The position numbers and the translations under genes are program-made. From Seison nebaliae (Eukaryota), in the NCBI GenBank assembly GCA_023231475.1, contig JALJEE010002047.1:1-64000 (forward strand): 64,000 nt of DNA. The letters are read 5' to 3'. This document shows, one piece after another, positions 48,777 to 62,479 of this stretch; the first letter of the stretch is position 1, and each line of letters opens with the position of its first letter. The notes below the pieces were generated by a model, which did not search any database, had not been told where the DNA came from, and worked only from the letters and a program-made list of their open reading frames with translations.

Positions 48777-51080
48777 TTATTTTGGCTGTAATGGATTCAT
48801 GACTTGTAATGATGGTGGTGGTGCTGGTTGTGGTGGTGCTTGAATGATGGTTGGTGTCAGATGATGATATTGGAGAGCTGCTGCCGTTTGATCGTGACAT
48901 GGATTGAATGATAAAAGTTTTTGAGCGAGATATGCGTCGTTAATTGTCGATGGTTCATGACAAACGATATTTCTACCTGATTGTCGAATAACCGTTTGAG
49001 TCTGAGATAATGGTGGTGGTGGTTGATGTGTTGGTGGGAGGATAAATGATGGGCCGATAGTTGTTGATTTATTGTCATTCGGATGATTATCAATCAATGT
49101 GCTAGTGACAGTAGTGGAAGGAGGACAAGAAGAAGAAACGGTAGAATCAATGGAATTGTGATCATTGTGATCTTTTATCGATTCCGTTTGCGTAACGATT
49201 TGAGGAGAACGATATGAATTAAATTGATTAGGTATTGGAGTATTGAAATACATAGGCCGTTGTATTTGGATGACGTTGTTGGTGAGAGGATCCTGAATAA
49301 GTGAGAATGATTGATTAGGATGTAACATCTGATTCATAAGAGGCGATTGCCATGAAGCGACATTACCATAAATGGATGCATTAGGATGACAAATGTCAGA
49401 AACATAATTATTACCAATTCCATTCATATCGATGGGATGTTGATGTTGAATGGGATGTTGGAGATCATTTGACGCATTGGAATTATTCAAATTATTCGCA
49501 ATATTCGCTGTGTTGTTGTTAATGATGGAGAGATGATTAATTAAATTATTTTGAGAAGTTAAATTTAATTCTTGTAAATAATTGGAGAGTGTTGACGTGA
49601 TATGATATTGATCATGTCCATGATGATTAGAAGAGTTATTCGTTTGAGAATTATTCATTTGATTTGTATTTGATAAATGATGTTGATCAGAATTAATTTC
49701 ACCATCATCATTCTCATTATCTTCTTTCTCCGATTCATTACTCTCAAGAATCTTCAATGAATATCGATTGTTTGATGGATCTTGTAATCGATCATTATTC
49801 TTTTCTGAATAATAATCATCTTCTTTCTGATTCGAATTGGAAAGATCATTCTCCTCATTCTTCAATTGCTCATCATCCACTCCCTCCTCATTAATTGACG
49901 ATGAATTGAGTTGATTCGTATTATTTACTACGAAATGGAAACCGTCATTATCATCATCATCATCTTCCTCTTCCTCCTCCTCGTCATCCTCGTCTTGATA
50001 ATCTTCATATTCGTCATCATATTCTTGATATGGATCATAAGAATTCTGATCGTTCGTCATAAAACGATTAATATTCCCATATTGTCGATATGATACGTCA
50101 TCATTCTTCTCATATGTCTCACAATTTCCATTATTCTGATTATTATTCTCTAAATTATCTTCAATTTGCCTCTCATCTTTCACTCGTTTTAATTTCTCAT
50201 TTTCTCTTTTTACCATTTCTTCCTTCATCCAATTCACTTCATTCGACGATCCATTCAAATCACATTTCTCATCATCCATTTGACAATATTCTTCCGAATT
50301 CGTCATATAATATGGTTTCCCCGATTTATCTCGTCGAATCGGATCACTTCTTTTATCGTGCTCGAATCCATTCTTCAAATAATAACCATTATTGTTGTTG
50401 TTGTTGTTGTTGTTACGATTACGATTAATGAAGTTTTCCTTCTTTTGCGTATTAACATAATCAATTGTTCGATGATGATGATGATGATGATGAGGAGGAT
50501 GATGATGATTATTATTATTATTACGATTTCTATTTCGTTTATTATTATTATTATTATTATTATTATTTTTCGAATAAAATTTCTTTCGATAACGTCGATT
50601 ATTATTCGATGATTGTTTGAATGAATTGAATGATGATGTTGATGTGTTGATTGGTCGTCCTTGTTCAACTGAATCGATTTCGGGAATCTCCTCCAACTCA
50701 TCAGGAACTGATTCACGAATATTGAATCCATACTTTCGAATGATATCATCTTTCGTTTTCGGTTTTTGTTCTTCCGAATTATAGAAATCATGAGTCCATT
50801 TCTTTCCTCTGTTCTCTTTCTTATTGGAGGATGTAGATGAACAAGACGTCGGTCTTCCATCTTCTATCATTTCATTCTGTCCCATCGAACTCTCGGACGA
50901 TATCGAAGAACATCTCGAATCTTTCCTCACATCCTCATTCATTGTCTCCATTTCATTCTCTTCTTCTTCTCCCTCTCTCTTCTCGCTTAACATTTTCCGC
51001 ATAAAACGAGAATCGTGCTCAAAATAAGGACCGCGTGGAATACGCGGTGGAGTTCGTTTAATATTGCGTTGATGATTCAT
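48777..51080 (-). CDS. CASC3: CASC3/MLN51/Barentsz, exon-junction-complex component (Btz/SELOR domain at N-terminus), 767 aa
   Basis: PPRIPRGPYFEHDSR ... KWTHDFYNSEEQKPKTKDDIIRKYGFNIR corresponds to the two Btz blocks (IPRKG.FFEHD.R; W.HD.F...EQ.PKS..ELI..YG.DIR). The rest is Asn/His/acidic/Pro low complexity. Confidence 0.85.
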   Translation of the reverse strand: MNHQRNIKRTPPRIPRGPYFEHDSRFMRKMLSEKREGEEEENEMETMNEDVRKDSRCSSISSESSMGQNEMIEDGRPTSCSSTSSNKKENRGKKWTHDFYNSEEQKPKTKDDIIRKYGFNIRESVPDELEEIPEIDSVEQGRPINTSTSSFNSFKQSSNNNRRYRKKFYSKNNNNNNNNNKRNRNRNNNNNHHHPPHHHHHHHRTIDYVNTQKKENFINRNRNNNNNNNNNGYYLKNGFEHDKRSDPIRRDKSGKPYYMTNSEEYCQMDDEKCDLNGSSNEVNWMKEEMVKRENEKLKRVKDERQIEDNLENNNQNNGNCETYEKNDDVSYRQYGNINRFMTNDQNSYDPYQEYDDEYEDYQDEDDEEEEEEDDDDDNDGFHFVVNNTNQLNSSSINEEGVDDEQLKNEENDLSNSNQKEDDYYSEKNNDRLQDPSNNRYSLKILESNESEKEDNENDDGEINSDQHHLSNTNQMNNSQTNNSSNHHGHDQYHITSTLSNYLQELNLTSQNNLINHLSIINNNTANIANNLNNSNASNDLQHPIQHQHPIDMNGIGNNYVSDICHPNASIYGNVASWQSPLMNQMLHPNQSFSLIQDPLTNNVIQIQRPMYFNTPIPNQFNSYRSPQIVTQTESIKDHNDHNSIDSTVSSSCPPSTTVTSTLIDNHPNDNKSTTIGPSFILPPTHQPPPPLSQTQTVIRQSGRNIVCHEPSTINDAYLAQKLLSFNPCHDQTAAALQYHHLTPTIIQAPPQPAPPPSLQVMNPLQPK

Positions 51081-53026
51081 CTTCTTCCAAACAACACGTT
51101 CAATTTCATTTAGTAGAACATCAGATTAATTCAAACTATCTTTATGAGGAGAAACGTTTAAAATTATTTTTAGAAAATTTTTATTAAAAAAACATATTTG
51201 ATATTTTGAAGGATTTAATTATAATAAATTTTTCTCGTTCAACTCGATTTGAAGTGAGCAAATATTTTCAAAATTTTACTTTACAAAAAGAAATTTCTTA
51301 TTAAAATTTTTATTGTGAACAAAGGAAAGTTAAAGCGTTTCAACATCCTCCCCAACTAATAAGAAGTAAAAGAATGGGTTAAATGACGAGAATGATTATT
51401 GGTTGAGAATCGTCGCCAAAGAGAAATTAACAGATTTGAACATGTGTAACAGAAATTATATGTTGGTCATTTCTTATCGACTATTAATGGGAGATGATCC
51501 ACATATATGGATCGACAGATAACGAAATCGTCCAAAAATAATATTTTATACTAATTTTTATTTAATTTCTTCGGATTTATTTAAGCGGAAAATTCAAATT
51601 TTATCTGTTAACCAAAATCTTCTTTTTTTATCAAAGAACATTCGAATGACAATTCGCCCAAATCTTTACCTTCGAACACTGAGCTTGTGATTAGTGGAAA
51701 GAGAAAATTTCGAGTTTTATGAGAAGAAACTAATAAATAAATTTCTCTCTGGAAATGGTGAAAATGAAAAAGGAAGTTTTCTCTCTCGACCCGATTACGT
51801 TCTAATCGTTTTCATTTTCCTCCTCTTTTCTTCTTCTTCTTAATTATTTCCTCATATCCCAACCATCCGACTATCTCATTCATCCTTTCCATCTCTACCC
51901 AAAATTATAATGATGATGGTAATGAAGTTAAGAAACCATCGATGGAATTCTCATTATCAAATCTTCCATAAATATCTTAATCGTAACAAATCGTATTTCA
52001 TCCGTTCCCCATTTTTGATCATTTTTCAATTGGACGGTTTATGATAAAAAAGAAATTATTTTGAATTTTAAATTCAGTTCAGCTCTGAGTTTTTTTTAGT
52101 GATTGAGAGTTTTATTTCATTTTAAAATGTTAATGAAATTGTATTCAATATCAGAAAATTCCTGCTTACTATACGATGTCCAAACGATAATGATTAGAAA
52201 TAGTTTCTCACCGGTATTGATTTTAGAGGAGAATCACTCTCATTTTAATCGTTGTCACAATAACTTGTTTAACATATATTGATGACGTGATAATTGATAA
52301 ATAATTTAGATTAACTAGTCTAACATCAGATAAAGATGTAATTTTTCAGATTAGACATGTTCCTATATTGTCTGTTTATTGGGTGAGTGAAGAAGGGAAT
52401 GTGATGAATGAAACAGACTAAAACTATAAATATATAGTCTCTTTGTTCTCTAAAGGAATCTTCTATCATTCCACTCGATAATTACACGGTTAATGGAAGG
52501 ACGTCGAGACTTAATTAAATTCCTACGAATAAATTTCACTTATCAGAAATAGAAGTTCTGCATCTACTTGAAAAATTGCACCTGTAATTGGAGAATAACA
52601 TTGAAATATTTAAAGTTCACAATAATAATACGTAAACAAATTAAGAATTGGAGGAATAAATATTCGAATGATAATCACCATCGTTCTGATACGATTTGGT
52701 TCTCTTCCACACACCAAGTGGTGAGAGAAGTGGCGAGGGAGACGAATGAAGTAATCGAGAATATTCGATGAGGCCACTCTTCTTTCTGTCGCATGGGAGG
52801 GGGAGGACGGTGTTATTATGATAGACATGTGGTATTTTTATTTGGAGAGATGTAGAATGGAGAATGGCAAAGACTTCCATTCTCAAACAGACATTAGATG
52901 GACATCATTATGAACAACAATAATATTAAAGTGAATGAGTCAGCTAGTAATCGTCAGAAGAGATGAGAAACGTAATACTATGTACCTAGAGAGTTAGACG
53001 AGCAAACGAAGGAAAGAAAAACAGAA

Positions 53027-53050
53027 AGAGAGAGAGAGAGAGAGAGAGAG
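53027..53050. repeat. (AG)12 microsatellite
   Basis: A perfect dinucleotide run is visible in the sequence. Confidence 0.95.
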
Positions 53051-54937
53051 CGACCATTAATATTTGTGTTGAATGACAAATGTAGTGAGAGAGGAAGAGA
53101 GAGATGACACTGATCAGAAAAATAAAATTTTCCTATTTCTTTCTTTCCTTTTTTGATAAAAGGAAGAGTGAATGAATCAAGTGGATTTTTATTTATTTTA
53201 TTTTTTATTGATCGTTGAAGCGAGAAAAACATTAGAGATATTTCCAACGACACAAAGACATCACTTACCAATATACATAACCTCTAAAATTTGGAGTGTA
53301 AATTAACTTTCTACATTTCTCTTCCATTAGTCAATGTGCATGTATATGATTGAAATTGCAGTTATGATATGAATCAGCATCAATAATAAGAGATTATAGG
53401 AAATAAATTTCAGTATAATATTCTTATCAAACCATCGAAACTTTCATTTATATCTTCTTTATTATCTCTCATTATTATATTAGTCGCCGATTTCTCCCTA
53501 ATTCAGTGTTTTAAATAAAAGTCGAGTTTAGTCCATCTTCATCTCAACCACCCCTGAGTCTCCACTCCATTTCGAGTATGTGAACGAGACGTGTGGTCAA
53601 TCAGATAGCGCCTGCAGTCCATAGTCATTCGACAAGTTTTGTGGTTTCTCCTTACCACCGTTTATTCACACTTCGCCATAGAGACAAATAAACAAAATTA
53701 TTTTCTTTATTAATTCTTAATTGTTTGAACGCGAAAGAGAATTTATCGAAGTAGTGGCAAGTCGCAAATAAATCGGTATGTGGTAGTCGGAATCATACAT
53801 ATTAGTGAGCCTATTAATTGTCAAGAACATGAGAAAAGGAACAAGAGTTCGTCTCCTCGAACAAGAGGAGAGCGGGAAAAGATTAAGAATTGCCTATCAA
53901 ATGAAAATATCAGTTCATTTCATATCTAATCGTCTACTTTATTGTTGTGAGTGTATATGAGCCGCATCAGAACGTATGTACATGGCAAATGATTAAAGAG
54001 AGACGGCTCTCTTAACCCACCCGTGGGAGAGACGATTAATGAGAGAAACAAGAGAAATCGTATAAGAAAATTATAAAGAAGATTTCGGGTTTTTTTTTTT
54101 TAAAGAAAACTAATGACACGTTCACGACCACAATGTTCGTCATTCGTCGGGATTTGGGAGAATGATGTGAGAAAGAAGAACAATAGTTATAGATATTGAA
54201 TGGCGAATGCGAAATAATTGGGATTTTCACTCAAAACAATCTCCACAATAGAATTAGAAGTAATATGAAAATGTTTTAAGAATAGGAAATAAGGAATTAA
54301 TATGATGGATGGATGTATGGATGGGGGACGTGATAGAGAGTAAAAAACCATTTAAACTGATTATCTTTCTAAGAGATCAATCATATAAAATGATCAATAA
54401 AAAACTATGAAATATTTCCATTAATTTCATTTCACTATTTGAATTGAGACACGAATCTAATAAATGTTTCTTATGTTTGTCGATTCATTTGTTCCTCCCC
54501 TTTTTTTCTGGAGGGAGAGAGATAATAAATATTCAATTCTCATTTTATCGACTTGGAGTCATTGACAGTCTCAATGATTTATGTATTATCTCCAAATATC
54601 ATTTCTTCATGATTTATCTAATATGATGACTAAAATTATGAGTAATGAGAAGGATGGTAGATAAATATGATTTAATCAATAACAATTATTTCGATGGAAA
54701 TTTCTCCATCAAATCAATTTGATTGATCAAATTCATAAAATAGTTTGTATATCGCGTAAAAAGAAGGAGATATTTTCCCAATGAATTATCGATCTATCTA
54801 TCTTTCAATTGTTTGTTGATATTTTGTTGAAAAAATTTATTTTCATCAGATGAATGTTAATTGGTGAGAAGGAGATTGATTGATTGAACAGCATAATATA
54901 TAAATCGATGAATGATCACATGTAAATAGGAAGAATC

Positions 54938-57900
54938 ATGAAAGATGAGACGAATTTAATTGACGGAGTGAAGTCGATTGGAATAACGGAAGTGAATGGA
55001 AATAAGAGCAATGAGATTCAGAACAATTCAATCTCGTCGTCTGACGATCAAATTGATGAGTTGGATGAGGCAGCAGCAGCAACATCAACTGCTATCATAT
55101 CACCAATCATTGAAGAGATGAATGAGACGGAATTGAGAAATGAAATAATTCGATTGAAAAATGAATTGATGAACAGCGTCTCGTTGACGGAGAAGGCGGG
55201 AAAACATGGTTTGGCGTTGATGGAACGATTAGATCTAGTCTCACAAGAGAACGAAGATCAACGTCGTCAAATTGAAAGTTATCGATCGGAGGGAGCTGAT
55301 TTACGTGCTGCCTTATCTAAATTATTACAATCAACAAGAGAAGAAACTCAACGAGCGTCACATACGGAAGATTATCTTATTCAGGAATCGGCAATAAAAG
55401 AGGAACATCTCTCCGCTCGTATTCGTCAATTGGAGAGTATAGAAAATGAGAATTTGAATGAATTAGTAATGTTGAGAGAGGAGAATGATCGTCTTCGAGA
55501 GAACAGTCAAAATTTATCGACATCATATCAATCGTTCGAAGAGGTCAGAAAGAAATTACGTCAAGACATTAAAGAATTCAAAAAAAGAGAAGAAGATCTT
55601 CAACATGACAACGCTGAATTAGAGATTGAGAATGTGGAATTACAAACACACATTTCAAAATTACAAAAACAATTGGTGGAATTAAGTTCGTTGCAATACG
55701 ATCAAGCGACTTATCAGCAACGTGAGAGAGATTATCAATTCCGTTTGAAGGAACAACAAGATTTGACGACGATAACTGAGAAACATTTGCAGGATGCACT
55801 CCAACAAGCGAGAGAGGCACGTGAAGCGAAGAATTTGGCAAAGAAGGAATTGGAACAATTGAAAAGGAAGAAACAAATCGCGTCGTTAACGAATCTGGTG
55901 CAACGGGAACAATTGTTTATTGATAAATCGGATGATGAGGAGAATAAATTAATTGAAAATGAAAAGAGGAAGACAGTGGAAGATGAGATGGATGAAGATG
56001 TTGAAGATGAAGATGAATTGATTGAAGTTCATAAGAAGACGAAAGAAGATGAAGAAGAAGGTCATGATGAAGTTCTAATAGAAAATGAATTAGATGAAGG
56101 AGATGGGATGAATAATTCGAATGTGATTCGAAAGGAATGTCGAATAGTTTCCTTATTTGATGAAGTGGAGGCGAATGCGACGAAATTATTAAATGAAAAT
56201 TTAAAATGTTCTCAAAAAGAACGTGATCAATTGATGGAATGCATTCGAGAAATGAACGAAAAGATTGTGATTGTGGGAGAGAAAACTCTTCCCTCACTCC
56301 TCTCCATCAAAGACGACGACGAAAAAAGTCAAAGAAATTTCCATCTTCATGACTCATCGAATAGTAATGCAGAATTACAATTGAGGAATTTCTCATCGAA
56401 TGTCGATGAATTGATTGGAATGATGAACGAATATTTGGGAAGACAATCTCATCAACTCTTTACCACTTATTATTACGCGATGAAACTACTTCAACCAACA
56501 TCCACTATCGTTAATGATGCGATGAAAACGTATCAACAAATTCTCCAAATGAAAAATGGAACGAAAATGAAATCGTTCAAACTACAATATGACATTACGG
56601 AGAAGAGATTGAATGAAGCGGATTTGAAGATAACGAACGTAAAGGAAGTGATGGGCCATTTCATTGAATTGCATCGACAAATTGAACATATTGAGAAGGA
56701 AATGAAGAAAGCAGAGAAGATGATAATTGATGACAGTTCCAACGAGAATAATAACGATGAAATCGAATCGGATAATCAGAAGATGTCGAAGAAATCTGAG
56801 AGTAATCTAGAGAATAAAAATGAGGATGATGATAAGATTAATGATGAGGAGAAGAATAAGAAGAATATTATGAATAATAATAATAATAATAATAATAATG
56901 AGAATAATAAAGAGATTGATGCATTGAGGAATCTATTGTCGGTGAAGAGAGATGAAATATCCACCTTACGAACATTATTGAAAGCGAATAAGAAGACGGC
57001 TGAAGTGGCGCTAGCAAACTTAAAGACAAAATATGAAAATGAGAAGATTGTTGTGACCGAGACTGTCCAACAAATGAGGAATGAATTGAAAATGTTGAAG
57101 GAAGATGCTGCCACTTTCTCGTCGTTACGTGCAATGTTTGCTGCAAGATGTGATGAGTATGTGACAGAAATTGAAGAATTACGTCGACGTTGTCTCTCTG
57201 CCGACGAGGAGAAGAAAACACTCAATGAATTGTTGACATTGTCAATTCGTCAGAAGTTGCAAGTAAAAGAACGACTCGAAGAATATGAAGTTAATCGTGT
57301 CGAACAACAACAACAACAACAACAACAACAGCAGCAGCAGCAGAAGCAACAACAACAACAACAACAGATACAACAACAACAACAACAACAGTTACAACAA
57401 CAAACAGTTCATAGGAAGAAGAAAGACGAATTGACAAAAACACACGAATCGATGAATGATAATGAAATAAAGACAAAGTTATAATTTAATTTAAATTAAA
57501 TATAACCCTTTTCTTCTAAAATTATTTTCCTATTTCTATAGACATTTCGCCTCAAATTCATTCCATGGATCATTACCAGTTACCCGATCTGTACATCATC
57601 ATTCTAATCATCATCAACATCAACCGTCACAACCACAATTGCAAACACACCATCAACAACAACAACAACAACAACCACACCATTTACAGCAAGCACAATT
57701 CCATTCGGACGTCAATTCACGATTTCCCCCAATGTCATCATTTGATGGTACGACGGACATGTATTCTCCGATGATGCCTTCTTCCCAATACGTCATGCCA
57801 CGAGGTGTCGGTATAGGAAACACTTCGCCCTTCATCGGATCAACGATGCACATGTATAGTTATTCATCGAATTATGATGATTCTTATCATCCTGTTTATC

Positions 57901-58492
57901 AGTCGAGACATTCCGTTCCTCACAACATGCAATCTACTTCCGCTTATTTTATGTTACCCGCTAACTTACAACCGCAACCACAACAACCCACAACAACGTC
58001 AACCGCAGTTTTTCTTAGTTAGTCGTCTCAGTTAGTTATAGTTTCGTAATTGTTCTCTTTTTTACTTTCAGATACTTCGGATGTGATGGGAAATGAATTA
58101 AGAAACGACGAACGAAATAATGACAATTCCGCCACTGGAAGTTTAATCGATCGTGCTCAAATGAAATGTGACCATTTTGTACGTGTTGTTATTTTTCTTG
58201 AACTCTCCAAAAAACTTACTATTTGTTTCTCGAATAATTTTAGAAGATTAAATCTCAATATGGAAATCGTCGATCGTTCCGCCATCAATTATCTTCTGAA
58301 GATAGACATACCAATTCGCCCACATTGCCTAACAATAAAGCGACTCTCGATACGACACAATCATCGCCACCATCAACTTTATCAACCAATGCTACATCTC
58401 ATTCCGTTACATCAACTATTCCTTTGACGCCGATGGATACGTCGACTTCCATCCACACATCCTCCACGTCCACCAGGAATACGAAAGACTAA
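54938..58492 (+). CDS. BicD: Bicaudal-D dynein adaptor; main exon to 57477, then probable exons 57542-58017, 58072 to about 58184, and 58243-58492
   Basis: It has the CC1-box-like [12 protein letters not shown] and the highly conserved CC3 [38 protein letters not shown]...[23 protein letters not shown]...EEKKTLN.LL...I.QKL. Downstream low-complexity exons join in frame through short GT-AG introns, with less certainty. Confidence 0.92.
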
Positions 58493-60949
58493 CTTTCCTA
58501 TTTGTTATCATTTCAGCCACATTCAACATAAAATTTAATAAATTATTAAACATTGTTACATCTCTTTCAAGTCTGCTCTCTTCCCCATCCATTCACTTTC
58601 AACCATCTAATTCGAGATTATTCATCAAACTTTCTACAATAGAACTTAGGCGTTTTCTTTATCTTTAAAAGAAATTCCTTTCGATTTCACTCCTCCAATT
58701 TGATAGTTATGAACAAGTCATTGATATGTAATATAGAAAACAATCAATGAAAATATAATAAATTTTTAAGATAATTATATGATAGAAAGTCGTTTGTATA
58801 TCAGAGATGGAATTAACATGTCGGATAAGTCAGCTAGCTAGAGATAATGAGAATTTTATGAGAATTGTTTTTGCATGAGAGAGAAATTAAGAGAATAAAG
58901 TGGAATAATATTATTAAAGAAATAATTTGACGATGATATTAAAAAGAACGAATGAGTCTGTTCGATGAGAAGATGAGAATGTGTATCATGTTGAATAACG
59001 TTCATAATAGGAATTCGGAGTCATGAATTCCCGAAGCAAACTTTCTGAGCACGTCATTATTAATTTAAGGAATGTCAAGGGGCTAATTGAATGAGCGGGG
59101 TGAAAGAAGAAGAAGAATATGATGATGATGATGATGATGATGAAGGAAAAGAAGAAAACATCGGCAACAACATATTTCATAACATGTCAAGTGAACAAAT
59201 GAAATGATACTCAGGTACCATGAGATGAGGCGGAGAAAAAAGAAAGAAATACATGAGACATTGAGAATACGATTCGTTCACTATCTTCTCTCCTTTCCCA
59301 TTTCCAAGATATTCGAATAATGAATGAATGAAATGATATTAATTAAAAATATTATTATTAACAATTTATTCATAATTTCTCAGGCAATGAATGATCATTC
59401 TGATGATAATTCCATCCGTTGGATCAATTGTCGTATAATTAATTTGGATTGAGATCGACGTGTTCCAGAGTGATATCTAATACTGAATTTCTTCAGCCGT
59501 TCGATTCTCCTCCCATCTCAAATAAGGAAATTTATGGAAATTTCAGTTGAAATCGATTCTCTTTGGAAGTCTCATAATTTAATTTAGGCGTTTTACGACA
59601 ATCATTCTCAATTATCAATTAACTTTTTCCACAAGATTCATTTGGAGAACTGGTGAAATTATAGGTCTTTCCGCCTTCCAAATATCGCCTAACAGAATTC
59701 ACATAAATTCTCTTATTTATTCTTCTTCTTCCATCCTCTTCCAATATTAGTCGTAATGTCCTATCTAATTCATTCTAGCAACATTTGAGGAAACATGAAG
59801 ATCTATTAATAAAATAAGGAATCCGATATAATGATGTTGATCATATAATTATGAATAAAAAGTTGATATACGAATAGAAACAATAATAATAAATTAGGAA
59901 ACAAGAGACAACTACACGTTGAATTGTTTGTGAATTTTGAAAGATGGAATTCGATTGAGAAATTCAAAAATATTTCATGTGTCATTGAAATATTTCAGAG
60001 CAGTTTCTAAAAATAGTTCTTTAATAAAAGTTTCAAATTTGTTATATGAAATGAAATAATGTTAATGGGAATTATATCATGATTTGGATGAGTGCCAACG
60101 AATAGTCGATCGATATTGGAATAATTAGAAGAGACATTTATTTCTCTAGGAGACAGTAGTGATGGTATGATGTTATATGTCTAGGAGCCTACATAAATTC
60201 ACCGTTCCAACAGTTCTCATTTTTGTTAATGTTTATTTTCATTTATTTCTAAACATTTTTGGTGATTTTTTGGTATTATATCTCCCATTTTTTATGCGAT
60301 TTGTTTAGCCATTGCATTATTTATGAGATGTTTGTTCGGAGATATCGTTATCTTATCCTTTTCGCTTTCCAATATTGTCAAGAGGTGCTTCTATCCGAAG
60401 AAGTAAAATTGAAAAGAGGTATCGAGCTACTGTGCACAATCGTCACATCTGATAATTATGAAAAGAAATAATAATAATTATTATTGATGATTCCTATTAA
60501 TTATTTCCATCATCATCCTTTTTCTTTATTGATGTTGTTGTTCTTTAATTTTTTGATGGTAATGTTGTTGTTGGTGATAAGGAGGAGGAGAATGAGAGAA
60601 TGAGAAACAAATTTAATTTATCATTATCATAATTGTTCTTGTTAATGTTGTATGTTATTAGCGTGTGCTCTTCCATCAATTCCATCATTTGGTACCGTTA
60701 TTTTCATTTTGTTTGTCTTCTTGTTGTTTTCAATTTCATTTTTCTTTGATCCATTCCATCCAATTCCGTCATCGATTGAACTCATTACTCAAATTAAAAT
60801 TTAATCACTTTCATTTTAATTAACTAATTAAAATCATTCTAACGATTTCTTCATCGTAAGATTTCTTTTGAATTATTTTAAATGTTTTCTAATTTGTCAT
60901 TAATGTATTAGGAAGTGTTCGAGAGAATCTATGAATTATCTTTTTCCAG

Positions 60950-62479
60950 AATGAATCATTGCGAAAAAGAATGTTTCATCACTTAGCACGTTTGGTCAAT
61001 GGCGAACAGCAAGCACCAGTTTCCAATAATGGAAAGAAATCCTTCAATTTTCTTGCGAGAAATTCCACTGGCAAGAATTTAATCAATGATCAATCTCATG
61101 ATAATACTCAATCGGTTGATCTATCTCATTTACCGATACACGAGCGGGAGCATATTGCGAAAATCTTGCACCAGACCCGCGATACAGTTAATATCAATAT
61201 AATCAACAAGAATAATTCGACTGATTCAAAATCATTTCCATTCCGTTTCCCTCAACTCCTCTCCACTAATCCGTTACCAGTCGATCAAATCAAATACAAT
61301 CAAACGGAAACAATCACGATAAAACCGTCGTCTTCTTCACTTTCTTCATCCACATCATCATCATCCATTCCATCGGCATCTCTTTCATCTATATCCGTTA
61401 ATCGTTCCAGTAAATCGGGAAAAGTTTTAGAACCAATACCTGCACAAATCCCATCAACTCGTCAATCGACATCACCGTCAAAGCTCACCACCATCAAACC
61501 AACAACGAGATCATCTTGTAAGAATAGTAAAACTTTGAACAATGTCGCTGATTATGACGTGATTTCACTTCGCGATGACAACGAAACGTTGAACATTATC
61601 AAATTGAAGAAATATTTGGAGAACACGGAAGCGGATGATGTCGATAATAATGAAGTACAATCATTCATTTTAGCTGCACAACTCCAACATGAACAACAGT
61701 TACAACAATGGATGATGCAACATGTTCCCATTTCATCACCCACCAGTCTCATGCAACTACAACAACGACAGAAATATTTAGAAGAACAACAAAAACAAAA
61801 GAATTCTGAGGCATCGTTAAACGATTTCCAACAGAGATATGTACGTCGAATGGAACGAATCGAAATGACGAAAAAGAATCAATATTTCTACGAAGAGCCC
61901 AGTATCGACGAAAGTGATCTTCAACAGAATATGGAGAATGCATTGACCATCGACGATATTGATGATATCGATAACGATCATGAAGTTCAACAGTTGTTTA
62001 GTGAGCACAATCGTGATTCATTTTCAAAAATCCCTCATCACCATCATCAACATCATCATCACCATCATCGTCATCAGATGAATCGGCCCAACATATCGAC
62101 CACCTTAAACAATTCCACCATCTGTCCTAATCTTTATCGAACGACCAATACTATAAAAACTGATAATAATCGTTATGTTCATGATGAGTATAATCGAAAG
62201 TTTTCATTCTTCCCATCATTATCATATTTTATGAATTTTTTTCCAGTTCTTATTTACCGTCGAAAGTATTACCGATTCAATTAACGGAGAAACCTGCTCA
62301 AGTTCGTTCATTTACCATTTTAGAGATTTTCATCTCCTCTCAGTCTAGTAGTGGATATGGAAATAATGAAAATCGTCGAAGGAATGCGGTTCGTTGAGAT
62401 ATTTCTTCACGTTCTCCTTCATCTTCATTAGTAGAGGCGTTATATCGTAGAACAGAAGGCGGCACATTTGTCGCCATAT
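60950..62479 (+). CDS. Internal exons of a RIM/Piccolo/rabphilin-like protein (Rab-binding-type helix); exons 60950-62199, 62247-62301, 62344-62388 and 62435-62479; gene ends not resolved
   Basis: VDLSHLPIHEREHIAKIL resembles the xDLSHLxxEERxxIxxV helix of RIM-superfamily proteins. The acceptor TTCCAG is at 60949, and three 42-47-nt introns keep the frame open. No zinc finger, PDZ or C2 domain is seen. Confidence 0.5.

Noticed and set aside
49911..50860. Poly-Ile/Met/Val/Cys ORFs overlapping CASC3 (similar ones overlap BicD, TOR and CEP295)
   Set aside because: They are alternative-frame or antisense readings of trinucleotide repeats encoding Asn/His/Gln/Asp runs.
53500..54050. Slightly GC-richer intergenic segment between CASC3 and BicD as an ncRNA
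   Set aside because: I recognise no tRNA, snRNA or snoRNA motif and no convincing stem. It may be promoter or UTR sequence.
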